The notes beneath the pieces are model-generated. The model was given only the letters and a program-made list of their open reading frames with translations. It was not told where the DNA came from and did not search any database. From NCBI GenBank assembly GCA_963796965.1, contig CAWCNS010000002.1, forward strand, positions 32,001 through 96,000: DNA of 64,000 nt. Reading direction: 5' to 3'. A program made the translations under genes and the position numbers. This DNA comes from Calditrichia bacterium (GTDB taxonomy: Bacteria; Calditrichota; Calditrichia; JAJRVZ01). Numbering within the stretch: position 1 is the first letter of the stretch; every line of letters begins with the position of its first letter. This document shows positions 21,048 to 31,578 of this stretch, piece after piece.

Positions 21048-24000
21048 TTAAACGTATTCCTCAACACTTTTAATTTTTAAATCTGACTCATCTTTTGTAA
21101 GCATCGCTTTAACAAATCGCTTAGCTAGTTGAAGATTAGTTAACAAAGGTACATTATGATCAACCGCTGATCGGCGGATTAGATACCCATTTGTTAATTC
21201 TGTTTTTTCCGCGTTTTTAGGGATATTGATTACAAGATCAATTTTGCCTTGCGAGATATAGGTCGAGACATTAGGTTCTTTCTTTTCTAATGGCCAATGC
21301 AGCCGTTCAGCCTTAATTCCATTCTCTTTCATAAATTTTGCCGTACCTGAGGTTGCATAAAGTATGAATCCCATTTGGGAAAGAATCTTTGTCTCTTGTA
21401 AAAAGTTAAGTTTATTTTCCAGATTCCCCGTCGACATTAAAATAGTTTTCTTTGGAAACTCAAAACCAATAGAGAGCAAACTTTTGAGAAAGGCCTCATC
21501 AAAATCTTCTCCAATACACCCTACTTCGCCCGTGGAAGACATTTCAACACCAAGGACAGGGTCTGAGCCCTTTAAACGGGTAAATGAAAATTGCGGCGAT
21601 TTTACACCAACATAATCAATGTCAAATGAAGACAATTGTGATTTACTTATCTTTTGCCCCATAATCACACGGGTTGCAATATCGATAAAATTATTTTTTG
21701 TTACCTTGGAGACAAAAGGAAAACTTCTGGAGGCACGAAGATTGCATTCAATCACTTTAACTTCATTGTCCTTTGCGATAAATTGCATATTATAGGGACC
21801 TGTGATCTCCAGGGCCTTTCCAATTTCTGCTCCGATCATTTTAACCCGGCGCATTGTTTCCAGGTATGTGCGCTGAGGTGGCAATACCATGGTAGCATCT
21901 CCTGAATGTACGCCGGCATTTTCCACATGCTCTGAGATTGCAGAACAGATAACTTCCCCACCATCAGCAACCGCATCCATTTCTAGTTCTCGTGCACCGG
22001 TTATGAATTTACTAATCACAACAGGATGGTCCTTATTCACTTCTGTCGCTTCTATTAAATAGGCGTGCAACTGGTCGGATGATTTGACAACATTCATTGC
22101 TGCTCCGCTAAGAACATAACTGGGGCGTATTAATACCGGATATCCAACTTTTTTAGCAAATTTATTTGCTTCATTGATATCACTAAATTCTTTCCATTCG
22201 GGCTGATCAACCCCTATTTTATCAAGTATTTTGGAAAATTTATATCGATTTTCCGCATTATCTATCTGAGAGGGTGAAGTTCCGAGAATATTCACCTTTT
22301 GTTTATGTAAGGGTATGGCTAAGTTATTGGGGATCTGTCCACCCATAGAAATAATTACACCCTCGGGTTTCTCTTTTTCATAGATATCCATCACGCGCTC
22401 AAAACTCAATTCTTCAAAATAGAGTTTATCACACGTATCATAATCGGTACTTACAGTTTCCGGATTGCAATTAATCATAATCGTGGTATAATCCAGATCA
22501 TTCAATGTCAGAACCGAGTTCACACAACACCAGTCAAACTCCACGGAGGAACCTATCCGATAGGGTCCTCCCCCTAAAACAACAATTTGATTATCTCTTT
22601 TTTCACTAAGGTCATCCTCTGTTGCATGATAGGTCAAATAGAGATAATTGGTTGCTGCCGGGTATTCCGCCGCAAGGGTATCAATTTGTTTTACTTTGGG
22701 GACGATCCCAAGTTTTTTACGTAATTTACGAACCGTCAATTCGTCACTATGTATTAACTCCGCGATCTGTTTATCTGAATATCCGAATTTCTTAGATTTT
22801 TCCAGCAAATCGGATTTCAAAGATTTAATTCTTTTTTTCTTAAGTTTTTTTCCCAGCTCTACAATATTTTTTAACTTATTCAGAAACCATAAATCAATCT
22901 TTGATAAGTCGTGAATTTTTTCCAAACTGTAACCTTCATCGATCGCTCGTGCAATGGCAAAGATACGCTTATCATTAGGCACCTTGATCGCAGAATCAAG
23001 GTCCTTTATAACAATCCCCTCCGTATTCAATCCTTTTATTCCGATATCCAGCATACGAATCGCTTTTTGAAAGGCTTCCTCAAAATTCCGACCAATCGAC
23101 ATTACTTCACCAACAGATTTCATCTCGGAACCCAGATCATCAATAACCTGGGTAAACTTCTTTAAATCCCAGCGTGGATATTTGACAATAATATAGTCCA
23201 GAGCTGGTTCGAAACAAGCTGATGTCACCTGGGTTATAATATTAGGAATTTCGTTCAGAGCATATCCAAGCGCCAGTTTTGTTGCGATAAAAGCAAGTGG
23301 GTAACCGCTGGCTTTTGAGGCAAGAGCAGAACTTCTGCTCAATCTTGCATTTACTTCGATGATACGGTAATCATCAGAATTTGGATCAAGTGCATATTGA
23401 ATATTACACTCACCTATAATCCCCAAATGTCTGATAAGTTGAATACCGATTGAACGCAGCTTAAAATTCTCATGGGCAGTCAGCGTTTGAACCGGTGCAA
23501 CAACAATGCTGTCTCCGGTATGAATTCCCATAGGATCTAGATTTTCCATTGAACAGATTGTAATACAATTGTCATGGTAATCTCTTACTATCTCATATTC
23601 TACTTCCTTCCAACCATATAGCGATTCTTCGATCAATACCTGACTCGTAAAGGCAAAAGCCCGCTGACATTTTTCTTTTAGTTCTTTTCGTGAGGAAACA
23701 ATACCCGATCCCAATCCACCCAATGCATAGGCAATTCGCATCATCAGTGGATAGCCAATATCCTCGGCGGCAGAAAGCGCCTGTTCGGTATTATTTGCAA
23801 TCTTACTTTTCGGGACTTTTAATCCTATCTCAGTGGTCTTCCGGGAAAAAAGCTCACGATCCTCTGTGTTCTGAATAGCTTTGACCGGTGTTCCCAAAAC
23901 CGCCACACCGTATTTTTTGAGAATACCTGTCTTTTCCAGCTCCACACCTACATTTAGTGCTGTCTGACCACCAAACCCCAGAAGGATGCCATCGGGCTTC

Positions 24001-24242
24001 TCTTTCTTGATAACTTCCTCAACAAATTTTGGCTGCACCGGAAGTAAATAGACCTTATCCGCAAATTTTTCAGAGGTCTGTATTGTTGCAATATTTGGAT
24101 TGATCAATATAGTTGAGATATCATCTTCTTTAAGTGCCTTGATAGCCTGACTACCAGAATAATCAAACTCCCCAGCCTGACCAATCTGAAGAGCGCCAGA
24201 CCCTAATATGAGTACTTTTTTTGGATGGATTTTGCGAATCAT
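21048..24242 (-). CDS. carB: Carbamoyl-phosphate synthase large subunit
   Basis: IGQAGEFDYSG, IEVNARLSRSSALASKA, NCNPETVSTDYD, C-terminal MGS domain. Confidence 0.97.
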   Translation of the reverse strand: MIRKIHPKKVLILGSGALQIGQAGEFDYSGSQAIKALKEDDISTILINPNIATIQTSEKFADKVYLLPVQPKFVEEVIKKEKPDGILLGFGGQTALNVGVELEKTGILKKYGVAVLGTPVKAIQNTEDRELFSRKTTEIGLKVPKSKIANNTEQALSAAEDIGYPLMMRIAYALGGLGSGIVSSRKELKEKCQRAFAFTSQVLIEESLYGWKEVEYEIVRDYHDNCITICSMENLDPMGIHTGDSIVVAPVQTLTAHENFKLRSIGIQLIRHLGIIGECNIQYALDPNSDDYRIIEVNARLSRSSALASKASGYPLAFIATKLALGYALNEIPNIITQVTSACFEPALDYIIVKYPRWDLKKFTQVIDDLGSEMKSVGEVMSIGRNFEEAFQKAIRMLDIGIKGLNTEGIVIKDLDSAIKVPNDKRIFAIARAIDEGYSLEKIHDLSKIDLWFLNKLKNIVELGKKLKKKRIKSLKSDLLEKSKKFGYSDKQIAELIHSDELTVRKLRKKLGIVPKVKQIDTLAAEYPAATNYLYLTYHATEDDLSEKRDNQIVVLGGGPYRIGSSVEFDWCCVNSVLTLNDLDYTTIMINCNPETVSTDYDTCDKLYFEELSFERVMDIYEKEKPEGVIISMGGQIPNNLAIPLHKQKVNILGTSPSQIDNAENRYKFSKILDKIGVDQPEWKEFSDINEANKFAKKVGYPVLIRPSYVLSGAAMNVVKSSDQLHAYLIEATEVNKDHPVVISKFITGARELEMDAVADGGEVICSAISEHVENAGVHSGDATMVLPPQRTYLETMRRVKMIGAEIGKALEITGPYNMQFIAKDNEVKVIECNLRASRSFPFVSKVTKNNFIDIATRVIMGQKISKSQLSSFDIDYVGVKSPQFSFTRLKGSDPVLGVEMSSTGEVGCIGEDFDEAFLKSLLSIGFEFPKKTILMSTGNLENKLNFLQETKILSQMGFILYATSGTAKFMKENGIKAERLHWPLEKKEPNVSTYISQGKIDLVINIPKNAEKTELTNGYLIRRSAVDHNVPLLTNLQLAKRFVKAMLTKDESDLKIKSVEEYV

Positions 24243-24493
24243 TTATTCTTCCTTATAATCATTATTCCCAAATTCTTCTATGACCTAATAAATCAACTTT
24301 CTTGTCCTCAGAGACATTTCTTACTTCAACGAACTCGCAAACCTACAATTTACATTTATATAGTCTTTTATTTTTTGCATATTTTTCGTTCATTAAACTC
24401 GTTCTTCAGACAAGAAACCAACTATTTGATAATAATTTCTGTTAATTCTAACTTCTATTACTATTTTGTCTTTTTAAATCATGGATGATTTAA

Positions 24494-24532
24494 TCCCGAT
24501 ATATCGATATGATGTCGATGTTTTAATCGGGA
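24494..24532. repeat. Palindromic element between carA and carB
   Basis: TCCCGAT...ATCGGGA arms with an inner ATCGA/TCGAT pairing. Confidence 0.45.
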
Positions 24533-24557
24533 GTTCTTTTTTCTTTTTTCTTATTCT

Positions 24558-25622
24558 TTACCCCATGGCTCGAATAAACATGTCGAAAAGAAACTCCGTG
24601 TCATCTGGACCTGGTGAAGCCTCCGGATGAAATTGAGCACCGAAAAATGGTTTTGATATATGCAGCAACCCCTCATTTGTTCCGTCATTGTCATTATAGA
24701 ACCACTCTCTCCAGTCTTGAGGCATTGTTTTCGCATCAATTGCATAACCATGATTCTGTGATGTAATGTAACAGCGCTTTGTGCCCATCTCTGAGCAAGG
24801 TTGGTTTTGACTACGATGGCCATATTTTAATTTATAAGTTTTTGCCCCAGCCGCGAGACCCAGCAATTGGGAACCCAGACAAATCCCCAAAATTGGTCGG
24901 TTATTTTTCATTGCCTTCAGTATATTTTTTGTCGTCTCAGGACAGGTCATCGGATCTCCGGGGCCATTGGAAATGAGAATTCCATCTGCCTCCATATCTG
25001 CAAAATCGTAATCCCAGGGGACGCGAATGACTGAAACATTCCTTTCTGTAAATGAACGAATAATATTGTTCTTTACACCACAATCGACCATAATCAATTT
25101 TTTCTTCCCTGAACCATACTCTATGGGTTCGGTAGTACTGACTTCAGCAACCAGATTTCTTTTCATGGGGTCATCAAAGCCAGGATCGTCCTCCTTCTTG
25201 ATGACGATCTTCCCCAGCATTGTACCCTGTTCGCGTAGTTTTTTTGTAAGAGCGCGGGTATCGATTCCAGAGATTGCGGGAATATTGTGCTCTTTTAACC
25301 AGGCAGGAAGTGACTTAACAGCACTCCAATGAAAAAACTCACTCTCATATTCATTTACAATCAGAGCATTAACATGAATCTTTTCCGATTCGAAATTTTT
25401 AAATAAACTATCCTCTTTCGCATAATCCGGCACTCCATAATTACCAATCAATGGATAGGTGAGGACAAGAATCTGACCACAATATGATGGATCTGTAAGT
25501 GTTTCAGGGTATCCAACCATTCCTGTGTTAAAAACCACCTCTCCATTGGTGGCCCTTTTTGTACCGAATGACTCTCCCTCGTAAACAGTGCCGTCTTCTA
25601 ATATTAACTTTACTTTATTCAT
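24558..25622 (-). CDS. carA: Carbamoyl-phosphate synthase small subunit
   Basis: GEVVFNTGMVGY, TDPSY, SNGPGDP, GICLG, QNHGY, QFHPE. Confidence 0.97.
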   Translation of the reverse strand: MNKVKLILEDGTVYEGESFGTKRATNGEVVFNTGMVGYPETLTDPSYCGQILVLTYPLIGNYGVPDYAKEDSLFKNFESEKIHVNALIVNEYESEFFHWSAVKSLPAWLKEHNIPAISGIDTRALTKKLREQGTMLGKIVIKKEDDPGFDDPMKRNLVAEVSTTEPIEYGSGKKKLIMVDCGVKNNIIRSFTERNVSVIRVPWDYDFADMEADGILISNGPGDPMTCPETTKNILKAMKNNRPILGICLGSQLLGLAAGAKTYKLKYGHRSQNQPCSEMGTKRCYITSQNHGYAIDAKTMPQDWREWFYNDNDGTNEGLLHISKPFFGAQFHPEASPGPDDTEFLFDMFIRAMG

Positions 25623-25939
25623 ATTTTGACATCCTTACCATCGTACTTCTCATGCTGATTTTTGTTGGTATAATTCACCTTGTAATATTTTAAAAGTTTA
25701 ATCAGAGCGAATCTTTAGTTTGTCCAACCTGAATAGACAAAACTTCACCCGCTTAGCAAATCTAATTTGAATGAATGTGAAACCCCTGAATGATAAATGT
25801 GAGGAATTAACAAGTCTCCATGAGGTTTACTAAAATTAGAGTAAAATCGGACAAAATAAAAATGTTTTTTCTATTCAAAATAGATTTTTATACGATCCTT
25901 ATTTAACAGATTTTTTATAAATAATTTCAATCTTCTTCG

Positions 25940-25970
25940 AATGTTCCGATAAAGTAAGATATCGGACATT
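25940..25970. promoter_or_regulatory. Inverted repeat or operator-like site upstream of the HK operon
   Basis: AATGT-TCCGATA-N8-TATCGGA-CATT; another ATCGGACA half-site at 25846-25853. Confidence 0.4.
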
Positions 25971-25995
25971 AACCAATAAAAAACTATTCCACAAC

Positions 25996-27655
25996 ATGTC
26001 TTTATCTATTAAAAATAAAAACGACAACGCTGATCTAGTCCGCTTATCCTATGAAATCGCCATGTCGATAGGCCTAACATTAGATCTGAATAAAATGTTA
26101 AAAGTTGCACTTACTTCTTATTTAAAAAATCTAGATTGTTCCGCTATCTCCATTTTTCATCAAAGACAAAAGACAAATAAAAAGAATCTTTATCGCAATA
26201 TACATACCATTCCACGTACAATTAAAGAAAGTCCGGAGTATAAAAAAACAATACAAAGGCTGGCAAAACCACTCAATGATGAGGATTTGAAAAAATTTAG
26301 AAAGAAGTTACCTTTAGTCGGAGAAAGTACTGATAATTATTATTACCACCTCCTCGATCTGCCCGGATTTGGCTTACTTCTTCTCATCAGACAGGATGGC
26401 GAAATTGGAATCAATGTAATAAAAAATCTCAATTCTTTAAATGCAAAATTGGCAGTCGCATGTAATGCCTGTCTCCAAAATAAGGAGCTGAAAAAAGCAC
26501 ACAAGAGTGCCGTAGATATCAACCTGGAATTAAGCAAGAAAACAATAGCCCTTGAACATTCTCAAACTGCTTTGGGTGAAAGTGAGAAAAAATATCGTAC
26601 AATATTTGAAAACGTTCAGGACATCTTTTTTCAAACGGATTTAAGAGGGAAAATATTAGAAATTAGTCCTTCAATTTCCCGTTATTCAGAGAAGGGACGT
26701 GAAAAACTCTTAGAGACTCCCTTCAATCTACTTTATCAAAACCCTGCCGATCATTCCAGAATGTTATTGGCCCTTAATAAAAAGAACGAAATAGAGGATT
26801 TTGAACTGCAATTGAAGGATAAGCATCGCCGGGAAGTGTTTACATCCGTTAATGCTCATTTGCTATTCGATCATTATCACAATCCTATTGCCATCGAGGG
26901 ATTAATGCGCGATGTTACAGTGCGCAAAAGAGCGGAAAAGGCCTTACTCGAAAGTGATCGTATCAAAAGTGATTTTGTCTCCAGTGTATCTCACGAATTA
27001 CGCACACCACTTGCTTCTATCCTTGGATTCTCCAGTACAATTTTGCGTGACAAAAAGATGGATAGTAACGTAAAAGAAGAGTTTATAAATATTATCTATC
27101 AAGAAAGTCAGCGATTATCTAAATTGATTGAGGATATTTTAAATATATCTCGTATCGAATCCGGACGTGTAACGTATCGCTTGGAAAAAATAACATTCCG
27201 ACCAGTTATTGCTGAAATTATTGAGGTTCATCAGATGTTGGCAGAGGAAAAAGGTATACACTTTAAACAGGTTTTCCCGGTAAAAACAACCGAGATAATG
27301 GCCGATCCGAATGCGATGAAGCAGGTGCTCACAAATCTAATGGGTAATGCCATCAAGTTCACACCAAAAGGCGGGGAAATTGAAATACAGCTGAAAAGAG
27401 GATGAAAAAGATGTTATATTTGCCATAAGCGATACTGGAATTGGAATTCCTGAAAATGAATTAAGTAAGATATTCGACAAGTTTTATCGCGTATACCGAC
27501 CGGGTCTTGAGATTCAGGGAACCGGTTTGGGCCTTTCTATCGTCAAGGAAATAATGGATGCACATAAAGCAAAAATTGAGGTATCCAGTCAGGAGCACAA
27601 GGGGACTACATTCAGATTGGTCTTTTCCAAACCCGGAGAAGATACTCATGATTGA
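25996..27655 (+). CDS. PAS-domain sensor histidine kinase, +1 frameshift at about 27394-27397
   Basis: SHELRTPL H-box and NLMGNAIKF N-box. After the shift the frame reads ISDTGIGIP..IFDKFYRV..GTGLGLSIVK..GTTF and ends at TGA 27653-27655. Confidence 0.9.
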
Positions 27656-28031
27656 TGAGAAAAAAACAATTTTATTAGTTGAAGATGAGCACAGTATGGT
27701 TATACTCATTAAGTACAATCTTGAATCAGCTGGGTATAATATTTATTCTGTGAAAAATGGACAGGAAGCCCTGGATTATTGCAAAACTAATTCACCTGAT
27801 TTGATTATAAGTGATATTGGTATGCCAGAAATGGATGGATACGAATTACGACAGAATCTTCTTAATGATGAAAAACTGCGCACCATTCCCTTTATTTTCT
27901 TAACAGCTAAAACACAAAGTGAGGATCATTTTAAAGGCCTTAGATTGGGCGTGAATAATTTTTTAACCAAACCATTTGAGCCAGAATTGTTATTGATGAC
28001 AGTTGCAGATATCTTAAAGGAGAATTTTTGA
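27648..28031 (+). CDS. Single-domain response regulator
   Basis: LVEDE, ISDIGMP, FLTAK, TKPF. The ATG at 27648 overlaps the HK stop. Confidence 0.9.
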   Translation: MIDEKKTILLVEDEHSMVILIKYNLESAGYNIYSVKNGQEALDYCKTNSPDLIISDIGMPEMDGYELRQNLLNDEKLRTIPFIFLTAKTQSEDHFKGLRLGVNNFLTKPFEPELLLMTVADILKENF

Positions 28032-29401
28032 AAATATTAATTGCGGATGATGAACCCAGCATTCTAACCTTGCACGCGCATATGGTAAAAGAATTGGGAC
28101 ACACACCTGTTTTAGCTACTGATGGCAATGATTGCTTATCAAAAATAGATTCCGAAATTAAAGCCCTATTACTGGACATTAAGATGCCGGGAAAAGATGG
28201 TATTGAGGTTCTGACCCATGTAAAGCAGACCCATCCGCAGATTCCGGTAATCATGATTTCTGCGCTTCACGACGTGGAGACGGCTGTTAATGCTATAAAA
28301 ATAGGTGCTTTTGATTACCTTACCAAACCTCTGGACTTTGACCGTTTGAATACAGTTCTCAGAAATGCACTCGCACTGACAGACTTAAAAGAGGAAGTTC
28401 ATGCACTTCAGGGTAAACTGCGTCAAAGTGATCTCTTTTCTGATATCGTTGGGGAGAGTAAGAAAGTTAATCAGGTTTTCGACCTGGTCAGCAGGGTGCT
28501 GGAGACAGACATCAATGTTATGATAATTGGCGAAAGCGGTACCGGAAAGGAATTAATTGCCAGAGCCCTTCATCAGGGTAGCAAACGAAGAGAAGGCCCC
28601 TTTGTCGCTGTTAATTGTTCTGCTATTGCAAGTGAAATTGCAGACAGCCTGTTATTTGGACATAAAAAGGGATCCTTTACCGGGGCGACTGAGGACCGGG
28701 CCGGATTATTCGAACAAGCTGATAAAGGTACCATTTTCCTCGATGAGATTGGAGATATGGAAATTGATATTCAAGTAAAGATCTTGAGGATTTTAGAAGA
28801 AAAAACCGTACGTCGCGTAGGAGAAAAGGACGAACGAATAATAGACTTCCGTGTCATCACCGCAACAAACAAAGATCTTGCCCAGGCCGTTTCTGAGAAT
28901 CTGTTTCGAAAAGATTTATACTTTAGATTAGAAGAATACCCCATATACCTGCCCCCCCTGCGAGAGAGGAAAGAAGATATAGCCATGTTAGCACAGCATT
29001 TCCTTATCGAATTCTGTGATTCAAACAATATGAAGATGTTAAAATTTACAGAGCAGGCCATTCATACATTAATCAACTATGACTGGCCGGGAAATATTCG
29101 GGAGTTAAAGAATGTTGTCCGGCGATCTGCGGTTCGAACAGGTGGTAGCATTGTAGATGATATTTCATTCAGTACTTTTGATAATTCACTCCCCCCTCCC
29201 CATCCGGTTTCTTCAAAAACAGGAGGACAAAATGAAGTGACAGGTGATAGTGGGGTTACACCACTGGATAAAATTGAAAAAAATGCAATTGAAAAGGCCT
29301 ATTTTTTTTCAGATCGAAATGCTGCCGAGGCCGCCAAATTACTCGGAATTAGTCGGGCCACCATGTATCGAAAACTAAAGAAGCTTGGCTATGAGTCTTA
29401 A
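28028..29401 (+). CDS. NtrC-family sigma54-dependent response regulator (REC-AAA+-Fis HTH)
   Basis: LLDIKMP, GESGTGKE, GSFTGA, FLDEIG, WPGNIREL, LGISRATMYRKL. Confidence 0.93.
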   Translation: MKILIADDEPSILTLHAHMVKELGHTPVLATDGNDCLSKIDSEIKALLLDIKMPGKDGIEVLTHVKQTHPQIPVIMISALHDVETAVNAIKIGAFDYLTKPLDFDRLNTVLRNALALTDLKEEVHALQGKLRQSDLFSDIVGESKKVNQVFDLVSRVLETDINVMIIGESGTGKELIARALHQGSKRREGPFVAVNCSAIASEIADSLLFGHKKGSFTGATEDRAGLFEQADKGTIFLDEIGDMEIDIQVKILRILEEKTVRRVGEKDERIIDFRVITATNKDLAQAVSENLFRKDLYFRLEEYPIYLPPLRERKEDIAMLAQHFLIEFCDSNNMKMLKFTEQAIHTLINYDWPGNIRELKNVVRRSAVRTGGSIVDDISFSTFDNSLPPPHPVSSKTGGQNEVTGDSGVTPLDKIEKNAIEKAYFFSDRNAAEAAKLLGISRATMYRKLKKLGYES

Positions 29402-29542
29402 TAATTTCTGTGTTGTGCCGTGGTCGAATTAAATTTTTATACAGCCCCTTATTCGCTTTGCTTCAAAAACAAGATTATTTGTTAAATACGACGAAACCGT
29501 ATTGATCTAACAACCCCTCTAAAAAATGCTTCAACCTACTTT

Positions 29543-30868
29543 TTATACATCTGTAAATATATATCTTAATAAAAATATCACGGTAAATACCCACATTAGA
29601 AATGGGATTTTTTTCGCTTTTCCTGCAAAAGTATTCAGCACTGTATAACTGATAAAACCGATAGCAATTCCTTCTGTTATTCTGAAAGAGAATGGAATAA
29701 ATATCAGAGTCATAAACGCTGGAATACTTTCAAGAAGATTATCCCAGGGGATCTTTCTAACGCCTTTTATCATGTAGACACCAACAAGGATCAAAATTGG
29801 TGCAATAGTCGGGTAATACCTCAGCCCATCTGCTGTTTCAACACCTCCTCCAATCATATTGATGAGAGGATAAAAGAACAAAGCAATAAGAAAGAGTGCC
29901 GCGGTGATAATATTTGCCATCCCGGTGCGGGCACCACTTGCCACTCCTGCTGCACTCTCCACGTAACTTGTCACAGTAGAAGTACCACAGATTGCCCCAA
30001 AAGTAGTTCCCACTGCATCGGAGAGAAGCGCTTTTTCTGCCCTGGGTAATTTTCCGTCTTTCAACAGATTGGCTTCACTGGCAACACCTATCAAGGTGCC
30101 AATTGTATCAAATAAATCAAGAATTAAAAAAGTAAAAACAACAAGGAGTAAATCCGGCTGCAATGCGCGCCAGAAATCAAGTTTAAAAAAGGTCGGCGCA
30201 ATAGAAGGGGGTGAACTGATAATACCCTGATAAGGAATCAATCCAAGCCCGATACCAAGCCCACTGGTAATCAAAATTCCAATTAACATGGCACCAGGGA
30301 TTTTGCGAATTAACAGAATGGATGTGAGCAATAACCCCAATAAAGCCAGCAATGTTGAAGGTTCAGAAAAATCACCAAGAGAAATCAATAAGGTTGGATG
30401 ATCAACCACCAAACCAGCCCATTCCATCCCAATCAGAGTTATCATGAGACCAATTCCAACGGCAATGGCATATTTAAGTGCCTCTGGAATAGCATTGATG
30501 ATCTTCTCTCTAAAGCCGAAGAAGGAGAGGATAATAAAGATAAATCCCGCCCAAAATACCACACCCAAAGCTTCTTGCCAGGAGATACCCATTGTTAGGA
30601 CAACCGTATAAGCAAAGAAAAAGTTTTGCCCCATTCCCGGAGCTAAAGCAATAGGATATTTTGCATACAATCCCATGATGAGAATGGCTACAGCACTGGA
30701 GAGACAGGTAGCAACCATGACAGCACCAAAATCCATTCCTGCTGCGGATAACACAGTGGGTTGCACGAATATAATATAAGCCATCGTCAAAAAAGTTGTT
30801 GCCCCACCAATTATCTCCTTTTTCGGAGTTGTGCCATAAGTATCCAAATGAAAAAATCTATTAAGCAT
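29543..30868 (-). CDS. NCS2/AzgA-family nucleobase permease
   Basis: TTFLTMAYII, LAPGMG, DLFDTIGT, YVESAAGVASGARTG. Confidence 0.9.
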   Translation of the reverse strand: MLNRFFHLDTYGTTPKKEIIGGATTFLTMAYIIFVQPTVLSAAGMDFGAVMVATCLSSAVAILIMGLYAKYPIALAPGMGQNFFFAYTVVLTMGISWQEALGVVFWAGFIFIILSFFGFREKIINAIPEALKYAIAVGIGLMITLIGMEWAGLVVDHPTLLISLGDFSEPSTLLALLGLLLTSILLIRKIPGAMLIGILITSGLGIGLGLIPYQGIISSPPSIAPTFFKLDFWRALQPDLLLVVFTFLILDLFDTIGTLIGVASEANLLKDGKLPRAEKALLSDAVGTTFGAICGTSTVTSYVESAAGVASGARTGMANIITAALFLIALFFYPLINMIGGGVETADGLRYYPTIAPILILVGVYMIKGVRKIPWDNLLESIPAFMTLIFIPFSFRITEGIAIGFISYTVLNTFAGKAKKIPFLMWVFTVIFLLRYIFTDV

Positions 30869-30988
30869 GGTGAGATCCTTTAATGAACTATTATTAAACC
30901 GAACATTAACGAGATTAATATCAGATATTCAACTTATTTATTAAACTACAAAGAGACAAAGATTGGCAAAAATCTGAAAATTGGACAT

Positions 30989-31016
30989 AAAAAAACCCTT
31001 CTCAATTGAAAAGGGT
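30989..31016 (-). terminator. Rho-independent terminator
   Basis: ACCCTT-N10-AAGGGT stem followed by a T-run on the minus strand, just downstream of the gene ending at 31042. Confidence 0.65.
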
Positions 31017-31041
31017 AACGATAAATCGATTTAACGGGATT

Positions 31042-31443
31042 TTAGCGGAACATAGCCTTAATTGCTCCCCAGGTACGGTAAATACCAGAAATATTAGGAT
31101 GAACAATTAACGATTGTGTCTCTTCGACAAGAGAATTATCATTACGAACAGCCTTTAATTTATAAAAGAAAGTTTGCGTATCTTTGAATACGACATTGTC
31201 ATCTGTAAATGAATAATTTTGATTTCCTGAGGCTGATGAAACCATACCAATTTCAGAGAAGTTCTGATCATCGGTACTACGTAAAATCAAGTATTTACTA
31301 ACCCCTTGTTCTGTTTTTGTTACCCATTCGATTACAACCGTATTGTTTGATGGGGTAGCGCTATATTCAAGAAATATAAAATTAGCGAATGCTAGTGAGA
31401 AAAAGCAGAAAGTGGTCAGAAGTAATATGCTTATTTTTTTCAT
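31042..31443 (-). CDS. Small secreted Ig/FN3-like protein with a C-terminal TWGAIKAMFR tail
   Basis: Signal peptide; W.T..E.....Y.I.RS.D...YSF.D....YKL pattern; C-terminal TWGxIK motif. Confidence 0.75.
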   Translation of the reverse strand: MKKISILLLTTFCFFSLAFANFIFLEYSATPSNNTVVIEWVTKTEQGVSKYLILRSTDDQNFSEIGMVSSASGNQNYSFTDDNVVFKDTQTFFYKLKAVRNDNSLVEETQSLIVHPNISGIYRTWGAIKAMFR

Positions 31444-31578
31444 AATTATTGTGTTTTCGGCACCTAGGTCACATAAATATAATCTTTTTTTTTATCAATG
31501 CAAATCATTTTTAAATATTCCCACTTTTTGTTTATTTGATCATATTTGCAGTAAAAACAGACCCCTTAGATACTCACC

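Noticed and set aside
24243..24490. Possible GxxExxY-like remnant (DKIVIEV...QIVGFL, minus strand) or the 87-aa plus-strand ORF between carA and carB
   Set aside because: Too short and degenerate to support. The plus-strand ORF is low-complexity and antisense to the operon.
25623..25845. PyrR attenuator upstream of carA
   Set aside because: A hairpin exists near 25717-25744, but the PyrR-binding consensus (AGUCC..GAGAGG) is absent.
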